From an uncultured Chloroflexia bacterium (lineage in GTDB: Bacteria > Chloroflexota > Limnocylindria > Limnocylindrales > CSP1-4), in the NCBI GenBank assembly GCA_963809375.1, contig CAWEJO010000004.1, positions 350,850-414,849 of the forward strand: 64,000 nucleotides of DNA, written 5' to 3'. The notes beneath the pieces were generated by a model. The model made no database searches. It saw nothing but the letters and a program-made list of their open reading frames with translations, and had not been told where the DNA came from. The translations under genes were made by a program, and so were the position numbers. Shown here one piece after another: positions 30,601 to 39,556 of this stretch (its first letter is position 1; the number at the start of each line of letters is the position of its first letter).

Positions 30601-30966
30601 GGCCGTGCACCTTACGGGCGTTTCCGACAGGCGGACCGGCGTGTTCGGTAGGCCCGAGTCTCCGCCGTGAGCGTGACAGTGGCGCCGCGGGCCGCCCGGG
30701 AGTGCCACGAGCGGGGGCCCGACGGCCACGATCGGCGCCAAGGTGCATGCCATGCACTTCGGGGAGGATACCTTCGACCACGGGCCGCGGCGCCGGCCGC
30801 ATCGACCACGCCGCGGCGCCGGCGCGGGCGGACCGGGGTCAGTCGGGTGAGACTCGCAGGGCAGCGAGGCGCCAGGCGGTGAGTCCGCGCCCGCGCCACG
30901 TCCGTCGTGTCGGCGCCGGCCGGTTCGCGACGCGAGCGGTCCTGCGTGACCCCCGGGGAGAGTCCC

Positions 30967-32452
30967 CTATCGACTCGCCATCCCCGTCGCCGTCCGGCGC
31001 GCGAGGGCCATGATCGCCAGCATCGGGTTGACGCCCGTCGGGGTGGGGAACGCCGATGCGTCCGTGACGAACAGGCCCTTCGCGTCCCAGACCTCGCCCG
31101 TCGGGTCGGCGACGCTGTCGCGCGGCGACGTGCCGATCCTGCATGACGACATCTGGTGGGCGGTGAACAGCAGGATCCGGTTCGGGCTGATCGGGCGCGC
31201 CGCGATGGCATCCAGGAACGGATCGAACGGAGAGCCCTCGGCCCACGTCAGCGGCGGCGTGAAGAGCGGCACGATCTCGGTGGCGCCGGCGGCGCGGTGG
31301 ATGCGGGCGAGGTCGAGCATGCCGGCCCGCAGGAGGGCGCGTTCGGCGCTGCCCGGCGCGTAGCTGACCGTGATTCCCCCGTCGCGCGCGAGCGAGACGC
31401 GGCCGGCCGAGCGGTCACGCACGATCGCGATGAACGACGCGATGTGGCCCGCCTGCATCGCCAGGCTCCGGTGCTGGGCCGCCGAGGTCCAGGGGAGGGC
31501 GGTCGCGATCAGACCCGGGTGTGTCGGCGCGGCCTCGAGCCGATAGCCCCACGTGCCGTCCACCTCGGCGAACTCCTCGGACATGACGCCCTGCGGCACG
31601 CCGGCCCACGGCTCGAGCGGCTCCGGGTAGACGGCCGCGACGGCCGCGACCGGGTGGATGTGGAGGTGGCGGCCCGCGTTCGCCGTCGCGACTCCGGATC
31701 GCAGCAGCACCGCCGGCGAGAGGACGCTGCCTCCGGCGAGGGCAACGATCGGCGCCCGCACCGTGATCTCGCCACCCGGGACCCTGGCGCGCACGCCGGT
31801 TGCGCGGCCCCCGGCGAGGAGCACCTCCCGGACCTCCGCGCGATCGAGGATCTCGGTTCCATGGGCGCAGGCGTCGGCGAGGTACGTCCGCAGGACGGAC
31901 TGCTTCGCGCCGATCCGGCAGCCCACGGCGCACGGGCCGCAGTCCGTGCAGCCGCGCACGTTGCGGGGCACGACGCTGACGGGGTACCCGAGGGCCTCGA
32001 GACCGGCCGCCAGCCGCGCGTTCGGGCCGTTCGGGGTGCTCTCGTCGGTCGTGACGTTGATATCGCGCTCCACGGCGCTGAAGTGCTCGTCGAGATCGTC
32101 GCCGATCCCGGCGGCCGCCCACTCGGCGCGGACCGCCGCGGGCGGCCGCAGCGACGTGCTCCAGTTCACGACCGTCCCGCCCCCGACCGCGCTTCCCGCC
32201 CGGATCGAGATCCAGCGGTCGCTCGTCGCGGTGAGGCCGCGGTCCAGGAACAGCTCGCCGACGCCCTCGAGCTCGGGGCCGCCGAAGCGATCCTCGCGCA
32301 CCATCGCGGCCCGCTCGAGGACGACGACCTTCTTCCCGCTGCCCGCGAGGATCCCGGCCGCGACGCCACCGCCCGCGCCCGACCCGATCACGACGGCATC
32401 CGCGTCGATGACCTCGCCCGCCCGCGGGGTCCGGACCTTGACCGCCGCTCAT
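30967..32452 (-). CDS. GMC-family FAD-dependent oxidoreductase; probable 1-nt frame problem near the N-terminus (~32410)
   Basis: The FAD-binding motif DADAVVIGSGAGGGVAAGILA follows an N-terminal stretch MSGGQGPDPAGG read in a different frame. The 474-aa body runs to the TGA at 30967 and includes the HxxGTxxMG-like C-terminal region (HQMSSCRIG...GLFVTDASAFPT). Confidence 0.65.
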
Positions 32453-32890
32453 GCTCGGCGGATCGAGGGCCGGAGCCGTGTACCCGGTCCGGGCGCGCCA
32501 GGGCGAGTCGTCGATGCCATAGGTGAGCAGCAGGGTCAGGCGCTTGAGGTCCTGGAACGCGGTCCGCTTGAGCGCGATCGGGCTGCTCGCGAGCGCCCGC
32601 ATCCAGGCTTCGCGCGACGCGTGGTCCATCCGCGAGAACGGCGTCGGGCGGCCCCGGACGCCGCCGAGGGCGAGATTCCCGACCCGCGTCTCCATGGCTC
32701 GCGTGAGCAGCGTCAGCTGGCTCTCGAAGGAGGGCCGGCGGAGCGCCTGCACCTCCGCCCACAGGCGGCGGTGCACGCCGAGCTCGCTCGCCGACGGCAG
32801 CCCCTCCCCGCCCGGCGCGAACGTGTCGACGATGGCGGCCAGGGCGCGATCGCGGCTGCTCATGACCGCGAAGCGTAGCGCCCCTGACAT
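32453..32890 (-). CDS. gluconate 2-dehydrogenase subunit 3-like small subunit (GMC partner)
   Basis: GAAGG RBS before ATG 32890. MSGALRFAVMSSRDRALAAIVDTFAPGGEGLPSASELGVHRRLWAEVQ... is typical of the PF13618 family. As printed, no stop is visible before the GMC start in the same frame, so the 3' end is uncertain (a fusion or a missed indel). Confidence 0.45.
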
Positions 32891-33025
32891 CCTTCGGCGG
32901 CTCTGTCGCGGGTCGCGACCTTGCGTCGGCATGTGACCGCGAGCCGCGTGGGCGCGAGGGGACGCGGCGACGGGCCGGGCGGTCGCGCGGTGCCACGGGC
33001 GCGGCCGTGGCACCGGCTCGCGCTG

Positions 33026-34117
33026 CTACGCCCCCGGGATCACCCTTCCATCGGGCGCGATCGTCGCCGGGCCGGCGCCCCTGGCCGCCCGGGCCGCGGC
33101 GCCGGGGACCTGGTCGCGGGCGTGATAGCTCGAGCGGACGAGCGGGCCGGACTCGACGTGGCGGAAGCCGAGCGCCAGCGCCTCCTCCCGCATCGCCGCG
33201 AACTCGGACGGGTGGTAGTACCGGACCAGCGGCAGGTGGTCGAGCGTCGGGCGCAGGTACTGGCCGATCGTCAGGATGTCGCAATCGACGGCCCGCAGGT
33301 CGCGGAACGTCGCCGACAGCTCGCCGCGCTCCTCGCCGAGGCCGACCATGATGCTGCTCTTGGTGTGGACGGCCCGCCCGAGCTCGGCCGCCTGGGCCTT
33401 CGCCCGCTCGAGCACCTCGAGGCTCCGGTCGTAGCGGGCGCGCCGTCGGACGGGCTTCTGGAGACGCTCGACCGTCTCGACGTTGTGGTTCAGGATGTCG
33501 GGCCCGGCCTCCATCACCGCGCGGAGCGGGGCCGCCTGGCCGTTGAAGTCCGGGATCAGCACCTCGACGCCCATCCCCGGGCAGCGGTCGCGCAGCCGGC
33601 GGATCGTCTCGGCGAAGACGCTCGCGCCACCGTCGGGCAGGTCGTCGCGCGCGACCGAGGTGACCACGATGTGCTCGAGCCCGAGCTGCGCGACGGCTTC
33701 GGCGACCCGGCGCGGCTCGTCGTCGTCGAACCACGTCGGCCGACCCGTCTTGATGTTGCAGAAGCCGCAGGCCCGGGTGCACGTGTCGCCGAGGATCATG
33801 ACGGTCGCGGTGCGCTGGTCCCAGCACTCGCCGATGTTGGGGCAGCGGGCCTCCTCGCAGACCGTGTTGAGGTTCAGGCCACGCAGCAGGCGGCGGAGAT
33901 CCGCGGCGGTATCGCCATGCGTGATGATCGGCGCCCTGAGCCAGTCCGGATGGCGCCGGGCGGGCGGCCCGCCGGGGCCCGCCGCGCCGGCCAGCCCGCC
34001 TCCGCCGGCGGGCAGGTCGACGGAACCTCCCATCGCGATCGTCGGGGGCAGCGTCGGCCCACCCGCGTGGTGGTGGCCCACGCCGGATGGCGCCAGCATC
34101 GGGAGCTCGCGGCCCAT
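33026..34117 (-). CDS. lipA: lipoyl synthase
   Basis: Intact ORF with the radical-SAM motif CTRACGFC and the auxiliary-cluster motif CPNIGECW, plus conserved VVTSVARDDL and SSIMVGLGE blocks. Confidence 0.85.
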   Translation of the reverse strand: MGRELPMLAPSGVGHHHAGGPTLPPTIAMGGSVDLPAGGGGLAGAAGPGGPPARRHPDWLRAPIITHGDTAADLRRLLRGLNLNTVCEEARCPNIGECWDQRTATVMILGDTCTRACGFCNIKTGRPTWFDDDEPRRVAEAVAQLGLEHIVVTSVARDDLPDGGASVFAETIRRLRDRCPGMGVEVLIPDFNGQAAPLRAVMEAGPDILNHNVETVERLQKPVRRRARYDRSLEVLERAKAQAAELGRAVHTKSSIMVGLGEERGELSATFRDLRAVDCDILTIGQYLRPTLDHLPLVRYYHPSEFAAMREEALALGFRHVESGPLVRSSYHARDQVPGAAARAARGAGPATIAPDGRVIPGA

Positions 34118-34183
34118 CAGCGGCCGCCGGTCATGCGGGTAGCCTCATCGGCAGCGTCGCCGGCCGCAGGTCGGTCGCCCCCA

Positions 34184-35607
34184 TCAGTAGACGCCGATCT
34201 CCGGCCCGACGCCTTCGATCCAGGTCTTGACGTCTCGCAGGAAGGTGCCCGCGCGGGCACCGTCATTCGCGCGGTGATCGATCCCGATCACCATGTTCAG
34301 GATGCTGCGGATCCGGATGACGTCGCCATCGGGGGTCTCGGCGACCACGGCGCGCTTGGTGATCGCCTCCATCGTCAGGATCGCGACCTCCGGGACGTTG
34401 ATGATCGGGAGCGTCAGGATGCTGCCGAACCAGCCGGTGTTGTCGACGGTGAAGCTGCCGCCCCCGAAATCGTCGAGCCGCAGCTTGCCGGCGCGGGCGC
34501 GCGAGGCCACGTCAGCGATGGCGCGGTTGATGCCGTTGATCGACATCTGGTCCACGTCCCGGATGCACCGGCACGATCAGTCCGTCATCCACCGCGACCG
34601 CGACCCCGACGTTGATCCGCCGCTTGGCGACGAGGCCCTGGTCGGTCCAGTGGGCGTTGAACGTCGGGTTGCGCTTGAGGGCCTCGACCGACGCCTTGAC
34701 CACGAAGGGCACGAAGCTGAGCGAGATGCCCTCGCGGGCCTGGTAGTCGCGCTTGAGGCTCTCCCGCAGCCGGACGAGGTTCGTCGCGTCGACCTCGACG
34801 TGGACGTAGGCGTGCGGGACGGCGAGCGCGCGCGTCATCTGGGCGGCGATGCCCTTGCGCATCTGGGTCGCCGGGACGAGGACCTCGTCCACGCCAGGCG
34901 GGAAGGAGATCGCGGCACCGGCCGGCAGGGCGGGCGGCGCAACCTTCGGAGCCGGCGCGGCCGGTCCGGCGGGCGAGGAGGCGCCGACGGGCGAGGGAGC
35001 GCCGGCGGGCGCGGCTTCGCCGACCTGCGAGTGGCTGGCCGTTCGCAGCGCCTCCACGACCGCGAGGACGTCCTCGCGCGTGATCCGGCCGCCACCCCCG
35101 GTGCCGCGGACCTGCGCCGGCGAGAGGTCGTGCTCGCGAAGCAGGCGCCGGACGGCGGGCGTCATGCGGGCGTCGGGATCGGCGGCCTCGGCGCCAGCCG
35201 GTCGCGGGGCGGAGGCAGGCGGTGGCGCCGCGGTTACAGGTGGCAGTGCCGCGGGCGAGGGCGGCGCCGCGGCCGGCGGGGCGGGCGCGGCCGGCGCGGG
35301 CTCGGGCGCAGCTCGCGGGCAACATGGCCGGGGCCGCCGCCACCTGCACGGGCGCCGCCTCGGCCGCCCCATCGGCGGTCTCGATCTCGGCGATCTCTGC
35401 GTTGTTGGGGACGGTCGCGCCTTCCTCGGCGAGGATCTTCGTGAGCGTCCCCGCGAACGGCGACGGCACCTCGGCATTCACCTTGTCGGTGATGACCTCG
35501 ACGATCGGCTCGTACTTCTCGACGCGATCCCCGGGCTTCTTGAGCCACCGCCCGATCGTCCCTTCCGCGACGCTCTCGCCGAGCTGCGGCATCGTCACCT
35601 TCGCCAC
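34184..35607 (-). CDS. dihydrolipoamide acyltransferase (E2 of a 2-oxoacid dehydrogenase complex); two frame interruptions
   Basis: N-terminal lipoyl domain [29 protein letters not shown]...[17 protein letters not shown]; E3-binding domain [33 protein letters not shown] in a second frame; catalytic C-terminus [14 protein letters not shown] in a third frame, ending at 34184. Confidence 0.7.
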
Positions 35608-35858
35608 CGGGCGGAACCTCCTTCGCGGGGACGCCAGTCCCTCCGGACGCAGGATCGCGTCAACGCCCGTCTAGTGTGGCCGAAACCGTCCGGACCGGCA
35701 CGCACGCGCCTGCCGGGATCGGCGCGCGGCGCCCCGGCCCGCCGGGGTTGCACCCGGGCGCGGCGGCCCCCGGCCCGGCAGGGGACGGCGACCCGTCCTC
35801 ATGTCGTTCGCGGCCGCTCCGGGCCATTGGTCCCTTGACCGGGCCTGGCCAGACCCGG

Positions 35859-37211
35859 ATGCTCGTCGCGAGGCGCATGCCGCCGTCCGGGGGAGCTTTG
35901 CTCGTGAACCGCGTGACCGCCGCCGCCGTCGTCGTCGCCCTTGTCGCCGCGAGCGCCTGCGGCGGAGCGGGAGCCAGCCGCGATGCGGGGAGCGGCGGCG
36001 GACCACCGGCGATCGGAGTTGCAGTCGCCCGGGTCGCCCGGGCGGCGACGGCCGCGGATCCGCGACCCGCAGCCGAGGCGATCAACTCGTTTGGCGCCGA
36101 CCTCTACCGGCAGCTGGCCGCGGCGGCAGAGCCGGGCGCCAACCTCGCCGTCTCGCCGACCAGCCTCGGCCTGGCACTCGCCATGGTGCGCCCCGGGGCG
36201 CGTGGGACGACCGCGGCCGAGATGGATGCCGTGCTGCACGGCCTCGCGTCGAGCCCGGCCGCGCTCGACGCGATCAACAGCCTCGATCGGGCGCTCGCCG
36301 CTCGCAGCGGGACCTTCCAGACCACCAAGTACGGCACCCAGGAGCTGACGCTGCGGGTCGCCAGCGCCGCCTTCGCCCAGAAGGGCGGATCGATCGTCGA
36401 TGGCTACCTGCGGACCCTGGCATCCTCGTTCGGAGCGGGCGTCAACCTCGTGGACTTCTCGGGCGACCCCGACGTCGCGCGCGAACAGATCAACGCCTGG
36501 GTCAGCGATCGCACGAACGGCAGGGTCCCGGCCATCGCCGGGCCAGGCTCGATCGATCGCGCCACGCTCCTGGCACTTGCCAACGCGGTCTACCTGAAGG
36601 CGCCCTGGAAGGATCCCTTCGACGCGCCGGTCGACGGCCCGTTCACCCGGCCCGACGGGGCCAGCGTCCAGGTCCCGATGATGACGGCGCACCTCGACCA
36701 GGCGGGCTACGCCTCGGGCGCCGGCTGGCAGGCGGTCGACATCCCGTACGCGGGCGATCGGCTCGCGATGACCCTGATCGTTCCGGAGGAGATGCGCGGG
36801 TTCGGAGCGAAGCTCGACGGCGCGCTGCTCGGTCGGATCGTGACCTCGCTCGAGGAGCGTCGGGTCACCCTGACGGTGCCGCCCTTCGCGATCACGTCCC
36901 GCTCCGACATCGTCCCCGTGCTCGCCGCCCTCGGGATGCCGGCGGCGGTCGATCCGGCGAGGGCCGACCTGTCCGGCATCTCCGCGAACGCGGTGTCGAT
37001 CGACCACGTCCTCCACGAGGTGCACGTCACCATCGACCCGAACGGCACCGAGGCGAGCGCGGCGACGCTGGTGGCGATCCCGGCCGCCGCGTACCCGGGC
37101 GAGCCCGTCACCCTGGTCGTGAACCGCCCGTTCCTGTTCGCGATCCGCGATCTCGAGACCGGGGCCGTCCTCTTCCTCGGTCGAGTCGCGGACCCGGCGG
37201 CGCACAGCTGA
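35859..37211 (+). CDS. serpin-family protease inhibitor with lipoprotein-type signal peptide
   Basis: Intact frame. The signal is MLVARRMPPSGGALLVNRVTAAAVVVALVAASAC. The serpin core is NSFGADLYRQLA...LAVSPTSLGLALAMVRPGARGTTAAEM...ANAVYLKAPWKDPFD...VDIPYAGDRLAMTLIVP.... A hinge/reactive-centre-loop region is present (GTEASAATLVAIPAAAYPGEPVTLVVNRPFLFAIRD). Confidence 0.75.
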   Translation: MLVARRMPPSGGALLVNRVTAAAVVVALVAASACGGAGASRDAGSGGGPPAIGVAVARVARAATAADPRPAAEAINSFGADLYRQLAAAAEPGANLAVSPTSLGLALAMVRPGARGTTAAEMDAVLHGLASSPAALDAINSLDRALAARSGTFQTTKYGTQELTLRVASAAFAQKGGSIVDGYLRTLASSFGAGVNLVDFSGDPDVAREQINAWVSDRTNGRVPAIAGPGSIDRATLLALANAVYLKAPWKDPFDAPVDGPFTRPDGASVQVPMMTAHLDQAGYASGAGWQAVDIPYAGDRLAMTLIVPEEMRGFGAKLDGALLGRIVTSLEERRVTLTVPPFAITSRSDIVPVLAALGMPAAVDPARADLSGISANAVSIDHVLHEVHVTIDPNGTEASAATLVAIPAAAYPGEPVTLVVNRPFLFAIRDLETGAVLFLGRVADPAAHS

Positions 37212-37293
37212 CGCATCCGCGCCCCGAGGCGACCCAGGTCGCCGCCGACGAGCGCGCCCGACCGGCCGCGCCGGCCCTTCCGGCCCTGCGTGC

Positions 37294-38277
37294 TCAGTAG
37301 GCGGCGAGCTTGCGGATCGCCGCCGCGATCCGCTCGGGCGTGAGCAGGAACGCGTCCTCCAGCCGGTCGTTGTAGGGCGTCGCCGGCGACTCCGGGCCGG
37401 CGAGCCGGGTGACCGGGCCGTCGAGGTAGTCGAACGCCTCCTCGGCGACGAGCGCGGCGACCTCCGCCCCGAACCCGGCGAACCGGTTGTCCTCGTGGAC
37501 GACCAGGCACTTCCCCGTCTTGCGGACCGATGCGAGAACCGTCGCCGCGTCCAGCGGACGGATCGTCCGCAGGTCGACCACCTCGGTCTCGATCCCGTCG
37601 TCCGCCACGCGCGCTGCCGCGTCGAGCGCGTAGTGGACCATCAGGCCGTAGGCGACGACAGTGACGCGGCTGCCGGCGCGGGTGATCGTGGCCCGCCCGA
37701 GCGGCACCGTGTAGTCGGTGTCGGGAACCTCGCCGCGCACGCTGCGGTACATCTTCTTGTGCTCGAGGTAGATCACCGGGTCCGGATCGCGGATGGCCGC
37801 CCGAAGGAGCCCCTTCGCGTCGTACGGCGTGGACGGGATCACGACCTTGAGGCCGGGGACGTGGGCGAAGAACGCCTCGACCGACTGGCTGTGGTACAGC
37901 GCGCCGTGCACGCCGGCTCCGAACGGCGCGCGGATCGTGATCGGGCAGCCGAACGTCCCGTTCGAGCGGTAGCGGACGCGGGCCGCCTCCTGGATGATCT
38001 GGTTCATGGCCGGGAAGATGAAGTCGGCGAACTGGATCTCGGCGACCGGCCGGATGCCGTTGGCGGCCGCCCCGATGCTCACGCCCGCGATCATCGACTC
38101 GGTGAGCGGCGTGTCGATGACCCGGTCGTCGCCGAACTCGGCCCACAGGCCGTCGGTGGCGAAGAAGACGCCGCCCTTGCGCCCGACATCCTCGCCGAGC
38201 ACGACGACCGAAGGGTCCTTGCGCATCTCGTCGCGGAGGCCCTCGCGGATGGCCTCGATGAACGTCCGGATCGCCAT
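37294..38277 (-). CDS. 2-oxoacid dehydrogenase E1 component beta subunit (PDH/BCKDH/acetoin-DH type)
   Basis: Intact 327-aa reading (MAIRTFIEAIREGLRDEMRKDPSVVVLGEDVG...) with the transketolase-like Pyr and C-terminal domains. The start overlaps the E1alpha stop (TGATG). Confidence 0.85.
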   Translation of the reverse strand: MAIRTFIEAIREGLRDEMRKDPSVVVLGEDVGRKGGVFFATDGLWAEFGDDRVIDTPLTESMIAGVSIGAAANGIRPVAEIQFADFIFPAMNQIIQEAARVRYRSNGTFGCPITIRAPFGAGVHGALYHSQSVEAFFAHVPGLKVVIPSTPYDAKGLLRAAIRDPDPVIYLEHKKMYRSVRGEVPDTDYTVPLGRATITRAGSRVTVVAYGLMVHYALDAAARVADDGIETEVVDLRTIRPLDAATVLASVRKTGKCLVVHEDNRFAGFGAEVAALVAEEAFDYLDGPVTRLAGPESPATPYNDRLEDAFLLTPERIAAAIRKLAAY

Positions 38278-39305
38278 CAGCCGTCGCTCGCCTCGAAGTA
38301 CACGTGGCGGGTGAGCGTCGCCGGGTCGGGTTCGGGGGAGGCCTCGGCGAAGTCCGTCGCATCGTCGACGATCGCCCGGATCTCCGCGGCCGTGGCGGCC
38401 TCCCACGCGGCGTCGATGACGCCCGCCGCCCGGAGCTCGTGGCCGAACGCCGGGATCGGGTCTCCCGCCGTGAGCGCGCCGAGCTCCTCGGCCGACCGGT
38501 ACTTCGACTGCTGGTCGTCGGACGAGTGACCGGTCAGCCGCGCCACCTTGGCTTCGATGAACGTCGCTCCCTCGCCCGCCAGCGCGCGGGCGACCGCGTC
38601 GCGCATGGCGAGATAGCAGCCGATCACGTCGGTCCCTTCCACGGTAACGCCCGGCATGCCGTACCCGGCGGCCCGCACGGCGAGGTCCTGCACGGCGATC
38701 TCGCGCTCTGCCGGAACCGAGATGGCATACCCGTTGTTCTCGACGAGCAGGATCATCGGCAGGCGGTGGATGCCCGCGAAGTTGAGCGCCTCGTGGACGT
38801 CGCCCTGGTTGGACGACCCCTCCCCCATCATCGTGAGCGTCACCTGGCCGAGGCCCCGCAGCTTCGAGGCCAGGGCGAGCCCGGCGGCATGCAGGGCCTG
38901 CGTCCCGACCGGCGACGACGACGTGAAGACCTGGCGGCCGGCGTGCCCGTAGTGGGCCGGCATCTGGCGGCCGCCCGAGCCCGGATCGGCAGCCTTGCCG
39001 AACTGGAGGAGCATGATCTCGCGGGGCGTCATGCCGAACGCCAGGACGGCGGTCATGCTCCGGTAGTAGGGGACGAGCCAGTCGCGTCCCGGCACGAGGG
39101 CGGCGCACGCGCCCGCCTCGGCGCCTTCGTGGCCCTGGGCGGAGATCACGAAGTGGACCCGCCCGCTCCGGTTCAGGATCCAGGCCCGCTCGTCGAGCGC
39201 GCGGGCGAGCGTCATGAGCCGGTACGTCTCGCGCAGGCGCTCCGGAGCCAGTCCGGACCGCTCGACTGGGTCGGTCGCGGGCGGATGCTGGGCTGGGTTG
39301 TTCAC
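38277..39305 (-). CDS. 2-oxoacid dehydrogenase E1 component alpha subunit (TPP-binding)
   Basis: TPP motif GEGSSNQGDVHEALNFAGIHRLPMILLVENNGYAIS. The chosen GTG start (VNNPAQHPP...) is uncertain, and the upstream in-frame sequence is Arg/Pro-rich junk. Confidence 0.7.
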   Translation of the reverse strand: MNNPAQHPPATDPVERSGLAPERLRETYRLMTLARALDERAWILNRSGRVHFVISAQGHEGAEAGACAALVPGRDWLVPYYRSMTAVLAFGMTPREIMLLQFGKAADPGSGGRQMPAHYGHAGRQVFTSSSPVGTQALHAAGLALASKLRGLGQVTLTMMGEGSSNQGDVHEALNFAGIHRLPMILLVENNGYAISVPAEREIAVQDLAVRAAGYGMPGVTVEGTDVIGCYLAMRDAVARALAGEGATFIEAKVARLTGHSSDDQQSKYRSAEELGALTAGDPIPAFGHELRAAGVIDAAWEAATAAEIRAIVDDATDFAEASPEPDPATLTRHVYFEASDG

Positions 39306-39556
39306 GGGGCGGATGCTACAGGCGCGGGCGACGCGCGACCATCCCGCACGCTCGGCGTCCCGCGTCGCGGAGAGCGGGGCGCGGTGCCATGGCCGGGGCC
39401 GGCTGCTCCCGACGGGCTGCGCCGCGACCGCCCGCCGGTGCCACCGGCCGGGCCGCGGCCCATCAGCGGAACCGGGCGCGACCGCAGGACCCGGCAGCCA
39501 CGACCCGGCGAGTTCCGATACAGTCTCGCGCACGGCTCAGCGGAGGGTGGCAACCG

